From Epithemia pelagica (taxonomy: Eukaryota > Protista > Bacillariophyta), in the NCBI GenBank assembly GCA_946965045.2, contig OX337232.1, forward strand, positions 124,001 to 188,000: 64,000 bases of DNA. The letters are read 5' to 3'. The notes beneath the pieces are model-generated. The model was not told the DNA's origin. It ran no database searches and saw nothing but the letters and a program-made list of their open reading frames with translations. The stretch's first letter is position 1, and the number at the start of each line of letters is the position of its first letter. A program made the translations under genes and the position numbers. Shown piece after piece: positions 46,901 to 55,736 of this stretch.

Positions 46901-47917
46901 ATTAGGAATCACATGTACGGTATCGCTGGGGTCTATGAGGAACTCGGTAGTCATCGGTACATCTCTTGTTGGAAAATAATGTTCATTTTGTTCGTCGTCG
47001 AGATTCTTGTGATTTTCGTCGATACTCCAATCGTCTCCCTCATCTTGGTCCATTGTTGATGGAGACCGTTCCATGACGGATTTGTCGTCGTCTTCAATGA
47101 GGTTTGCGTTGTTGACCAGCAAGGGCTTGTTGTCCTCTTGATGGATTGTCGTGCCTGCCTTTTTGCAAAACGCTTCGTATTTTGTGTATCCTGGGGCAGT
47201 CGTAAACTCACCCACATTTGAACCTCGTTGTTTCAATGGAATCGTCCGTTTGAAGAGTCCTTGCCCCCAAATCAATTCGATAGCGTTGCTATATGTCACG
47301 CATCGTGTTCCTCTCGGCAAGGGTTTGATATCTTTTGCTGTTTGTGCCCAATGTTGGGGCGAAAGCAGTTTGGTTGGAGTCGATGGGATGTAGAAGGACC
47401 TTGGGAGCGTGATCGTATGGATCTTGCCGTCGTCGTCCTCGATATCCCATCGTATCGTCGTCTCGTATATATCTGGTTGATATGTTCCTGCTACTCCCTT
47501 GACCTTTCGTTTGATTTTGATTGGTTTGGTGCAGCAGTCTTGTATGTCGTTCGTAATTGACGCGGTTGCGCAATTGTCAATCAAGACTTTCCTGCTGTCG
47601 GTATCAAAGCCAACTTCGTGAGCCGCTCGGTGAGTAACTTGTCCAGTTGTCGAAGTCAGTATCGTTGCCATGCATAATGCCCGGAGGAGTCCTGTATAGT
47701 TAGTTCTCCGTCGTCTCCGGCCATGGTCGATTCTTCGTTTCTTCTTCACTTTGATTTTGGTCGCGAGAGAGGTCGCTATGGAGTCGCATAGCCCTTGGAC
47801 GTAGTCTAGGACTGACTCCAGGTGGTAGCACCTAGGACACCATAGCCCGTAGCACAGCATAGTGTAACTTGATAAAAGGATCGTCACTAATACTGTGTAA
47901 ACGAGCTGCTTGATCAT
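43922..47917 (-). CDS. pol: Copia pol (protease, GAG-pre-integrase, integrase, RT, RNase H), element 1
   Basis: VLIDNCAT; HHRMGH...CTAC; VSVDQ, HADNG, AERRIRE; YAPV, QVD, YGQKQ, LYTDD; YADADFAG, EAEI, EDN, ADIFTK. In frame with gag across the single TGA at 47954-56. Confidence 0.93.
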   Translation of the reverse strand: MIKQLVYTVLVTILLSSYTMLCYGLWCPRCYHLESVLDYVQGLCDSIATSLATKIKVKKKRRIDHGRRRRRTNYTGLLRALCMATILTSTTGQVTHRAAHEVGFDTDSRKVLIDNCATASITNDIQDCCTKPIKIKRKVKGVAGTYQPDIYETTIRWDIEDDDGKIHTITLPRSFYIPSTPTKLLSPQHWAQTAKDIKPLPRGTRCVTYSNAIELIWGQGLFKRTIPLKQRGSNVGEFTTAPGYTKYEAFCKKAGTTIHQEDNKPLLVNNANLIEDDDKSVMERSPSTMDQDEGDDWSIDENHKNLDDEQNEHYFPTRDVPMTTEFLIDPSDTVHVIPNEEEVLPASPTLELLRTHHRMGHLSMAKIQSLAREGGLPKRLANCKVPVCTACMYGKATRRPWRIKGHRGTLDTMTSPGQCVSVDQMISKTPGYIAHLRGTPTRDRYRVATVFVDHFSGVGYVHLQRSTSAKDTIEAKERFEAWADTHGVKIRHYHADNGIFADNKLREAVQMKNQRLTFSGVNAHFQSGMAERRIRELQESGRTMLIHAQRRWRSTVTTNLWPYAVRYANDMFNEAPMKKHKEKTPMELFTGSTVRFNTRLAHTFGCPAYVLDNELQSGTPIPKWSERARVGIFLGYSPQHARTIGLILSLSSGLTSPQFHVQYDDQFETIRKSFGEAQPISQWQYKAGFTKSRPRMRENQPRVEFGSTTTSPRRETDVTIPEDRDQTNDANPPMEERETMPEHEGARRSQRTPRRTQRYQDYLTSLQEPEDAIGEVAITAKPTVTVNTAQANSNPDVMYWHEAMKQEDRAEFIKAAQKEVQDHSDNGLWEVVKRKDIPKGALISRGVWSCVRKRRLKTREVYKWKSRLAYDGSMQEKGVNYWETYAPVIQWPVVRFILTMALTQGWHIKQVDCVLAYTQAVAETDMYMEAPKSFTFDTKGNQRAEDYVLKIKQNYYGQKQGARVWNQHLVERLKQVGFQQSAHDECLFYHGKCVYILYTDDSLLLGPDKEELDRLIVTMENSGLKMTYEDGVNDFLGVNIDRKEDGTIHLTQPHLIDSILQDLHLADESTKKKETPAPTTVRLRQDQDGKAFDHHFHYRSAIGKLNFLEKSTRPDISFAVHQCARFCENPKAIHGKAVKHIARYLAGTRKQGVILKPDTTKSFQVYADADFAGNFNKLDHPNKDMARSRTGFVVFYAGCPILWQSKLQSEIALSTTEAEIISLSHALRTVIPLMAITREMKDLGFPILSTTPNIHCKAFEDNSGAVELATIYKYRPRTRYLCTKLFHFKSFVERKEIEIHPCATDDQTADIFTKSLNESSFEKHRESIQGW

Positions 47918-47953
47918 GTCGTGCAGCCCGGGGAACCATCCCGGGTTTGGTTG

Positions 47954-49210
47954 TCATTCGTCGGTGCTGTTGTCGCTGTCATCGTCTTCATCGTGGGTAG
48001 CACCGGCTAGGGCGCTAGCAAGGCGGAGTCCTGGGTTCGTTCCCGTGTTCTCGGACGTGGTATCATCTCTGTTCTCGTGTGCTGCGTCGTAGGCTCGTTT
48101 CTTATCTCCTGTCAGACCACGTCCGTTACACGTTGCGGACGTGTGGTTTTTGTTGGTCGACCACTTTCCGTGCCACTTGCACCAGTACCACATTTTTCCG
48201 TTGACTTCCTTCGTCTCGGACTGACCACTCTTTGGTCCCACCGTAAGCCAGGCCTTATCGTTGTCAGTTGCCTTGTCCGTCTTCCCTTTGCTTGTCTGTT
48301 TCTTCTGGTCACTGGGGTTAGTCTTGCGTTTCTGTTCCTTGAGTTTATTCACGGATGCTTCAAGTGCGATCAATTTCTGGTCGCGTGCCGAGAGAGCCTG
48401 CCATTTCTTCTGTTCCACGAGCGTCTGGTACTTGGTGCGAGCAACGCTCATTAGTTGACGCGGGGTCAGTCCTGGATTGTCTCCTTCTTCATATGCGTTC
48501 TTCTTTCGACGAATGAACTCTAGAAAGTTATCGTCGTTCACGGTTTCGTAAGCCTTAAATAGATTCGGTAGAAGGTCGAGCGTCTGCTCGCCGCGCGCGT
48601 TGAGAGCCCGAAGAGTCTCGTCTACATAGAAGTTAAACTTGGCGATGTCCGCGTTCACATCCATAATATAGATGTGAAGGTCAGCCAGGCGTTGGCGTAG
48701 AACCATAACGGTGGCTTCGGTGTCCACATGTGCCAACGAGATCAAAACCTTGAGGAGAAGGGGTCCGGAACCACGCCCATCGATAGTGAAGTCTTCGCGT
48801 CGAATATTGACCTGTGCCTTGGCGTCGTCGGTAAGTGATGCCATAATGCAAGTGTATGCCATGTATGCATTCTGTGTCTGACGATTGGCTCCATTGAAGT
48901 GTTCAACGCAGGCACGGACTTGTTGCAAGGAGACACGACCATACTCGCTGGTGAGCAAACGAAGATTGGCGTCGGGGGCAGCGATCGCTTCTGGAATTGC
49001 AAAGATCGAAGTCCAGTTTTGTTCAACGATCCTGTCTTGGAGAGTATCAAGGAACGTCTTGAGTCCGTCGGCTTCAAGGTCGTAGAGATCTCCACTATCG
49101 TACAATCCACGAATCGCTTGCTTGTAAAACTTCGCTCCTCCTGCCGTCGTGAAGTTGATCACTTGATTGGCGTTGGCATGAGCGGGTGAAAGGGCAAAAT
49201 TTGCGGCCAT
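47954..49210 (-). CDS. gag: Copia gag, element 1
   Basis: FALSPA...G.KFY...LKTFLDTL pattern typical of diatom copia gag; GPLLLKVLI; variant knuckle WYWCKWH...HTSATC. Confidence 0.85.
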   Translation of the reverse strand: MAANFALSPAHANANQVINFTTAGGAKFYKQAIRGLYDSGDLYDLEADGLKTFLDTLQDRIVEQNWTSIFAIPEAIAAPDANLRLLTSEYGRVSLQQVRACVEHFNGANRQTQNAYMAYTCIMASLTDDAKAQVNIRREDFTIDGRGSGPLLLKVLISLAHVDTEATVMVLRQRLADLHIYIMDVNADIAKFNFYVDETLRALNARGEQTLDLLPNLFKAYETVNDDNFLEFIRRKKNAYEEGDNPGLTPRQLMSVARTKYQTLVEQKKWQALSARDQKLIALEASVNKLKEQKRKTNPSDQKKQTSKGKTDKATDNDKAWLTVGPKSGQSETKEVNGKMWYWCKWHGKWSTNKNHTSATCNGRGLTGDKKRAYDAAHENRDDTTSENTGTNPGLRLASALAGATHDEDDDSDNSTDE

Positions 49211-49246
49211 GGTGGATGATGAATTGACAACGTTTTAGCTGTAAAC

Positions 49247-49261
49247 AGCGCAGAGGAAGCG
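49247..49261 (-). other. Putative primer-binding site, complementary to a tRNA-iMet D-arm-like sequence
   Basis: Directly abuts the 5' LTR. Element strand reads CGCTTCCTCTGCGCT with no TGG. The complement AGCGCAGAGGAAGCG resembles GGCGCAGCGGAAGCG of eukaryotic initiator tRNA-Met (recalled from memory). Confidence 0.55.
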
Positions 49262-49722
49262 TGTTGTTTTCCTGCTACCGTGGGCAACAAGAACGAGCTC
49301 AACCCGTGTAAAACAAAGTTAAGTTGTGTGTTTAGTCTTTACATCTACTCGTAGCGATGGCTGTGATCCGTTGGATCGTCGGCCGTTTGATAAGGTAGAT
49401 TGGAGATCTTTTGCGATCTTGTTGCAATCTTGGTTTCCTATGTATCGTCGTCCAGCCCGTTCTTGCCAGTCAGAATGTTTAGACGACGACAGTTATGGGA
49501 TGCCATAGGATCTCGTTTCTCTATGTATTGGACTTGTTTGGGCCGTTATTGTTGATGACGCGTTGCTCCAAATGAGACTTGGTCCGCCCATTGGTTCATT
49601 TGTTCTGTTTGAAATAACGATGGTACTCGTCTCTTGTCGGTCGAATCTTCTACTTCCGAATGCCGGTTCCGAATATTGGTCGCACTTCTTGATTCACTGA
49701 CCATATCTCATTATTTTGAACA
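49262..49722 (-). repeat. 5' LTR of element 1
   Basis: Direct repeat of 43434..43894. Confidence 0.95.
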
Positions 49723-50369
49723 TTGGACCTCTCGAACCGGAGGGTGGTGGTGACCATGACAGCAACGACGTTCCATACTAACTCCATACCAGACTATGTA
49801 GGTAGTTCGTCTCACATTTTTATACTACAGTAAGAATTTTTTGTACGACCGGGAAGTAGTTTCTTGCGAGTCGCACGGTTTCCCTTTCGTGTGTGACACT
49901 TGTGAGACATTTGTGTGACACTTTGTGACATGGCTTCTAGGAATTTCTCACTACCTACACAGCTTGATAGGGAGTAAGTTTACTACTTCCCTGTGTCTGG
50001 CCGTCCTCTCGCGTCGGGCGCGCCCGGCTTGTCGGGAGAATGACTCGACGGGCAATTGTCTTGTCGGGCGTGCGCCCTCCTCGACCATTGCCCTCCTCGT
50101 CATTCTACCCTCCGCGCCGGGCGGTCCCTCCTTGAAAGGACTCAACACCGGGAAGTATTAATACTACTCTCTGTCTGTGTGTGGGTAGGTAGGTAAGTCC
50201 TGTGAGGATTTGTGCGCCAGTGTATGGATACTCGAGATTCTATGGTTGCCATGGCTGTGTGCCGACGTGTGTGTGTGTGTGTGTTTTGGATCCGAGAGTT
50301 TCATGGTTTCTGTGAGGTTGCTTGCGGCATGTGGAATGCTCAACATGTGTGTGAATGGAACGACAAAAA

Positions 50370-50990
50370 GCTACTGTTCTTGGTCCATGGAGTCCGGTAC
50401 GATTGCTGGCGATATCATGATCCTTCGTTCCAATTAATGTATGGAATCGCAACGAGTAGTATGGTTCTTGGCGGTTCCGTGAGGATTCCTTGGCTGGCTC
50501 TTGCCAAACCATTCCGGTTGGAACGGAATGTGGCTGGGGGGAAAGATTGGATTGTGTTTTTTTTTTTGCAATGGTGAACCGTGCACCCTTCGTTTTGGTG
50601 GTGTAGTACCGAGACGACGGACGGTTCTGGGGTGGATGATACCTCCTGTAAGGTTGCTTGCACTGCCATTCTCACCAAAGGAGATGTGTACCTTTCGTGT
50701 GGATGGACCTGCAAGCATCCTTACAGGAATCTCCCAACGAACAACAGTGTCCGCCCGGTACACACACATACCTAGAGGTCCCCATTGGTACTAGCGTGCA
50801 AGAGCAGCGCGGTATGGACCGAGACGACTGTTCGTGGGTCGATGATAACTCTTGTAAGATTGCTTGCGATATCATCATCACCAAAGGAGAAATAAGCTTT
50901 ATTGTGGATGGACTCGCAAGCAATTGTGCAGGAATCTCCCAACAAAGAACAGTGTCAGCCCTGTACACACATACACACATCATGGGTATG
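50370..50990 (+). repeat. Two to three degenerate ~200-bp tandem units with Cys-containing coding remnants
   Basis: VDDTSCKVACTAILTKG / VDDNSCKIACDIIITKG and CGWTCKH..RNLPT / CGWTRKQ..RNLPT in shifted frames. Confidence 0.55.
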
Positions 50991-51489
50991 GTGGCGCGCT
51001 TAAGTCCATCCCTGTGGAACCCAAATCGAGGAACAGATCCGACTGTCATCCAAAGAAGAATGTATATATATATATATATAGTCCTTGTGGTGGTACTTTA
51101 AACTGTACCAACGCGCTGTCTCGATCGATACGGTCCGAAGAAGAATGCCGAATGCAAGACTCCTCGTGTGGGAATGGCATGTGGATCGTTTGTAGGGGAG
51201 CGCTACCAAAATTCGGGACGATCCAAGGAACACGATTCGATCCGCGGCACAGTAGATGAATGGAAGCAAGCAACGAACCAATCGAGATCAACCGCCAGGA
51301 GCACATTCCGATTGGATGGAATGTCTACTACTAGCTAGATATGCGACCACCCTGCAATCACCATTCTAGGCATTATCAATATCTCGAATGCATTCCCCAA
51401 TGACCTATAGCCTGAGAGTATAGAATGGATCTGATTGCTTCATATTATATATTGTTATGTAGCTCTATCTTGTTTCGGTCCAGTGTACA

Positions 51490-52650
51490 AGCATCCTCCT
51501 CAACCGATTCTGGGACCGACCACGAAAACAACAGTATCACGCATCGTTCATCCACACCAACCGATTCTGGGACCAACAACGATACCAACAACAAGAACAA
51601 TATCACGCAGAATCCAAACCCTATAATGAACCCAACCAGGACATTCACGACGAGGGTGGAGGGTTCTGAAAGACGGATTTGTATTGCGTGTCCAAGGATG
51701 ATTTACGACAAGCCGTTTCTTTGGTGGATCCCTGGATGGAACGGCGGTCGACCTTCCCACATTTGGAGTTCTTTTCATTTGCTCAAGGGTATCTTGGCGG
51801 AAATCTCCAAACTCAAGGGACCCAGCATGCCCGACAATTTCGATGATCCATGGTCTCAACTGCTACTATTTTCAAGGGTATTAATTCCTTTTAAAAAGAC
51901 GGATCAACGCCCACATGGCACCATACAAGCTTTGGGTGACCTAGGGTGCACTTCCCTGGCTGTTGTGTCTGGTTCACTCTCCCTACTATACCCACAGGGA
52001 CGCCCTGCGCAGGTTCAATTTTTCATCTTGTACAATTACGATTGCTGCGTTAGCTTCAACATATATATGACTAGAATACTCTCATTGCTCAAGCACTCAT
52101 TGCTTTGGTCTTTCTCATTGCTGGATGCCAACACTCGCACCGGCGTCCACCAACATGTACATCCCCCCACTGTTGTGTGTCTATAGATGCAACAGTTCTT
52201 GTGGACCCAACGACCAGGCCACACCACGGAGGTGCGTTTCGTAGCAGAGGGATGGTGAGGCTTTTCCAAACTGCAGATGGAACTCTCCTTGGCCATTGAC
52301 GTGCCGTACCCATCCATGACACAAGCCACAACATGGTGTTGCCCAAACAACGTTTCACTGCCGTTCGTGTTCGAGGTTTTGCAACATGAAATACTCGATT
52401 CTCTAGACGCGTTCGAGTGTGATCATGATGGTCCGTTCGTCTCATCATCCAGAAAGTTGTCACCTGATATCTGATATGGTTGTTCCTGTCGTCATGTTCG
52501 TGGCAGTGACGAGTGACGACGTACCAAACAAGTGAATGGTACACTCGGCTTGCGTGAGGGAGCATGCCGACCACGACCAGGACCAATATTATGGAGACCA
52601 TGCGAAAAAGCTGTCACACACAAGACCAAAAGCATTTTCCTTAAATCGAA
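51490..52650 (+). pseudogene. Partial direct duplicate of the 3' end and downstream flank of the rhodopsin kinase gene (~40750-41810)
   Basis: TDSGT...ITQNPNP, VEGSER, IWSSFHLLKG, AEISKLKGPSMPDN; the non-coding flanks also align. Frameshifts and deletions relative to the parent. Confidence 0.75.
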
Positions 52651-52869
52651 ACCATGCCGGCGCTACTTCCGAATGTCAGCCAAACGTCACATTCTACTTC
52701 CAGTAGAATGTAGAATGCGCAGGCGCATATGACTCATGTATTTTTCACGATTCTCATCTTTTCAAGAACATTTTCTCATAAAATTTCAATTGGACCTTGT
52801 CTTCTCCGTCAAAGCGCTCTCTTGATCAAATTCATCTCTTGCCTTTTTCAAATAGAATCCAAGAATACA

Positions 52870-54018
52870 ATGAAGACGTCTCTCGCCCTTTCCTTCAGGT
52901 ACGTGTTCTTGGTGACCGTCGTTTGTGTGGCTTTGTCGTCGTATTGGTCATTCTCACACGCGCGTCTCTCTTTCTCTTGCGTTCTTTCGCTTTTCCAACA
53001 ATCACGGTTCAGTCTGTTGCACCTCTTGTCTCAGTTCGAGACCAGCGCCGCCGCTACCACCGCCTGTCGTTCCATTATCGATGTGGTGTGCGACAGTCAG
53101 GAGCCGTTTCGATTCTTGTGCACCGCCATGACACGTGATCCCGACCTGGTAGAGAAACTATCGGCCGCGGATACCGACTTTACCATTTTTGCTCCCATTG
53201 ACAAGGCCTTTCATGCTCTGGGCTTTACCTTTTTGTACGAAACCATGACGGACGATTTCCAACGCAACGACCTCTTGTCGTACCACGTCTTTCAGGGAAC
53301 CAAGTATTTCCATGAATTGGGCTGTACACAGCTTTTAACAATGTCCAATGGACTAAACACGCGGACCGTCTGCGATCACAATGACAACAAAGCTCAAAAG
53401 GGCCGAAACAATCCGAGAGAGGACATGCCCAACATTATACGATACGACATTGAGGCATGCAATGCCGTCATTCATGTCGTGGACCAAGTCTTGTTCTCCC
53501 GACACGTTCATCCTCCGGTCCCGGACGTTCCTCCGGCTCCCGACAATACCTTGGCCTGTCTCGCTCAAGCCTTTTCCGAAGTGAATGACTTTCACGTTCT
53601 GGGATATCTCTTGTCCGCCATTGTCAATGCCAAATCCATGGTGGGAGTGTTGCCCGAGGACTTTACCCTCTTTGCTCCCAACGACGGTGCCTTTGGTCGA
53701 CTTTTGCTCATTGCCGGCCCCAATCTTACACCCTTCATCCAAGAAACTGCGTTGATTACGGATGTGTTGAGCTTCCACTTGGTGCTCGAGAAGGAACTTC
53801 TTGCCGACGAACTCAAAATGAGTTGTACGAATCAAGTGGAAATGGCCAATGGTAAGAACAGTCGCACGGTGTGTGACCACCAAACGGACAAGGTTTACCA
53901 AAAGGGGGCGGACAATGACCGAGCCAAAATGCCTGAAATTGTGGGTATGGATTGGGAAGTGTGTGGTGGCATTGTCCATTTCGTCAATCAGGTCATGCTC
54001 CCTCCCAATACTGTGTAA
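52870..54018 (+). CDS. Secreted fasciclin (two FAS1 domains)
   Basis: FTIFAPIDKAF..LLSYHV..NAVIHVVDQVL and FTLFAPNDGAF..LSFHLV..GIVHFVNQVM. A probable in-frame 114-nt intron 52899-53012 (GTACGT..TTCAG) gives the clean signal peptide MKTSLALSFSLLHLLSQFETSAA. Confidence 0.88.
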   Translation: MKTSLALSFRYVFLVTVVCVALSSYWSFSHARLSFSCVLSLFQQSRFSLLHLLSQFETSAAATTACRSIIDVVCDSQEPFRFLCTAMTRDPDLVEKLSAADTDFTIFAPIDKAFHALGFTFLYETMTDDFQRNDLLSYHVFQGTKYFHELGCTQLLTMSNGLNTRTVCDHNDNKAQKGRNNPREDMPNIIRYDIEACNAVIHVVDQVLFSRHVHPPVPDVPPAPDNTLACLAQAFSEVNDFHVLGYLLSAIVNAKSMVGVLPEDFTLFAPNDGAFGRLLLIAGPNLTPFIQETALITDVLSFHLVLEKELLADELKMSCTNQVEMANGKNSRTVCDHQTDKVYQKGADNDRAKMPEIVGMDWEVCGGIVHFVNQVMLPPNTV

Positions 54019-55079
54019 GAAGGGGCACGAGACTGCCCTTGTCGTTAAATGCGCTTTAACTGTTTCTCTCTACTAATACGGAATCTACTCTCTTATTTCT
54101 TTGACTGTGTAGAAATATCATTGCGGAATTGCCACTGGTGCATGATGGGGGTTCCATTAGTTCAATGAGTAACTCGACGGCAACTGGAACAACAATCGAC
54201 ATGCCAAGGAGAGTTGGCTCCATTACCAATGGCTCCATCGTCAAACAGGGCCATTGATCTCCCAATTTTTCGATTGCGTTCCTCGTCACCGTCGTGCACG
54301 TTCGCAGTCACCTTGGCATCGAAAAGCCTCTTTTTAATCTAGGTAGGTAGATACCAGTGAGTGCATGCCGTAGACCTTCCTTCTATATAAGGTGTTACTA
54401 CTCGCTCGAATCATGATTGACGCGAGCTCTTGGAATCCTCAAGATGTGAAAGCATGATCACACTAGAAATATCGCAGGGTCGGTACAAATCTTCTCCGCA
54501 GGAGCAATCCACATACCTACAGAGAGCTCGGTAGAATCGGACGACACGAGGTCTCCTCGAGTTGGTGTGTGTGCGTGCGTGTTTTGGTAAAATGCTTGGC
54601 TTTCTTTCATGGCGTGGTGCCGGAGCACCGTCCAGAGTCTCCACGCACCCACTGCCGTTCCTGGATCCACAAAGTACCTACCATCAAGGGTGGTTGGTAG
54701 GCGACATCACGACGTGGAGAGTTTCCTCTGTGGAATGCATGGTCCACCGGACACACACATTCTATCCGGATGGTTTGGGGGAATGTCGTTTCCATGACGT
54801 AGAATCAAGCAGCAGCAGCAGCATCCGCAGCAGTACAAGAGCTCTACAGAGGTCTGGAATATCTGTGTGGAAGGGAACGTAGGAATGCTCCGCCCACGAC
54901 ACGTAAATGATGTAGGACTAAAGGTAGATAGTACCCGAATGTTCATGGACGAGAAGCACTCCATTGTCATTATGGATCGTGTGGATTGCCATGGCTCGGG
55001 GAGGGAGGGAATCCTCCGTCCTTTTATTCGTTTGCTGGTTTCCAATCGTTGTACAGATTCCAACAAGCCGAACCCTCCA

Positions 55080-55520
55080 ATTGCCAGCCCATCCATACAA
55101 GAGTCACCCAATTTCTTGCAAGCCCTTCAACCATTAGTTTTGTACCATGGCTTTCATTCGAGAAAGGTGCAATGGGGAACCCCTTGGTGATGTCGTCGTC
55201 GTCGTCTGGATCCTTTGGATTCCCAGTGACGACATGTGTAAAGTTCCAAACCTCCAATGCCAATTCATTACGTCATTCTCCTACACTATTGGCCGATCGC
55301 ATGTGGCAACACAACCTGGTGAACACACATGCCCCGAGTTCCAACCAGGAGATTCCTGTTGGATGGACCAAACCATTGATCCTTTCCCATGGTGTAGTGA
55401 CTAGGCATCAGGTCAACACCCAACCAACATGGTGAACCCACACAAACTTTCTTGTGTTATCAGCATGCCCCGAGTTCCAACCAGGAGATTCCTGTTGGAT
55501 GGACCAAACCAGAGATCTTT
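55080..55520 (-). pseudogene. Degenerate LLELAVWK copy with internal ~50-bp duplication
   Basis: LEVWNFTHVVTGNP..DDDD fragment; CATGCCCCGAGTTCCAACCAGGAGATTCCTGTTGGATGGACCAAACC occurs twice (~55328, ~55463). Confidence 0.55.
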
Positions 55521-55736
55521 TCCCATCGCTCCTACCCAAATCTCAGCACCCTGCCCAGCAGCACCATATATATATCGACCAAGCACCATCGTCCCAAGAA
55601 GCAAAACGGATACTCTTTTGAATTCATGGTCCACACGATTTCAGAAGCAGTGATGTTCCACGTTCTTTTGTTGGTGCGTCACTTGGTTCTTGGTTGTTGA
55701 CTTTTGTGTGGACCACAGGGAACCGTTCGTTTTATG

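Larger units (their letters stand above)
43434..49722 (-). mobile_element. Complete Ty1/copia (CoDi-like) LTR retrotransposon, element 1
   Basis: Two 461-bp LTRs (TG...CA), TTGGAC duplicated on both flanks, PPT, gag and PR-IN-RT-RH pol, all uninterrupted. Confidence 0.95.

Noticed and set aside
49262-49722. Tf1-type self-priming of element 1
   Set aside because: No sequence complementary to the PBS was seen in the LTR.
34530-54960. Whole interval as a giant DNA transposon bounded by the inverted blocks
   Set aside because: The inverted blocks are diverged gene-containing duplications without sharp termini, TSD or transposase.
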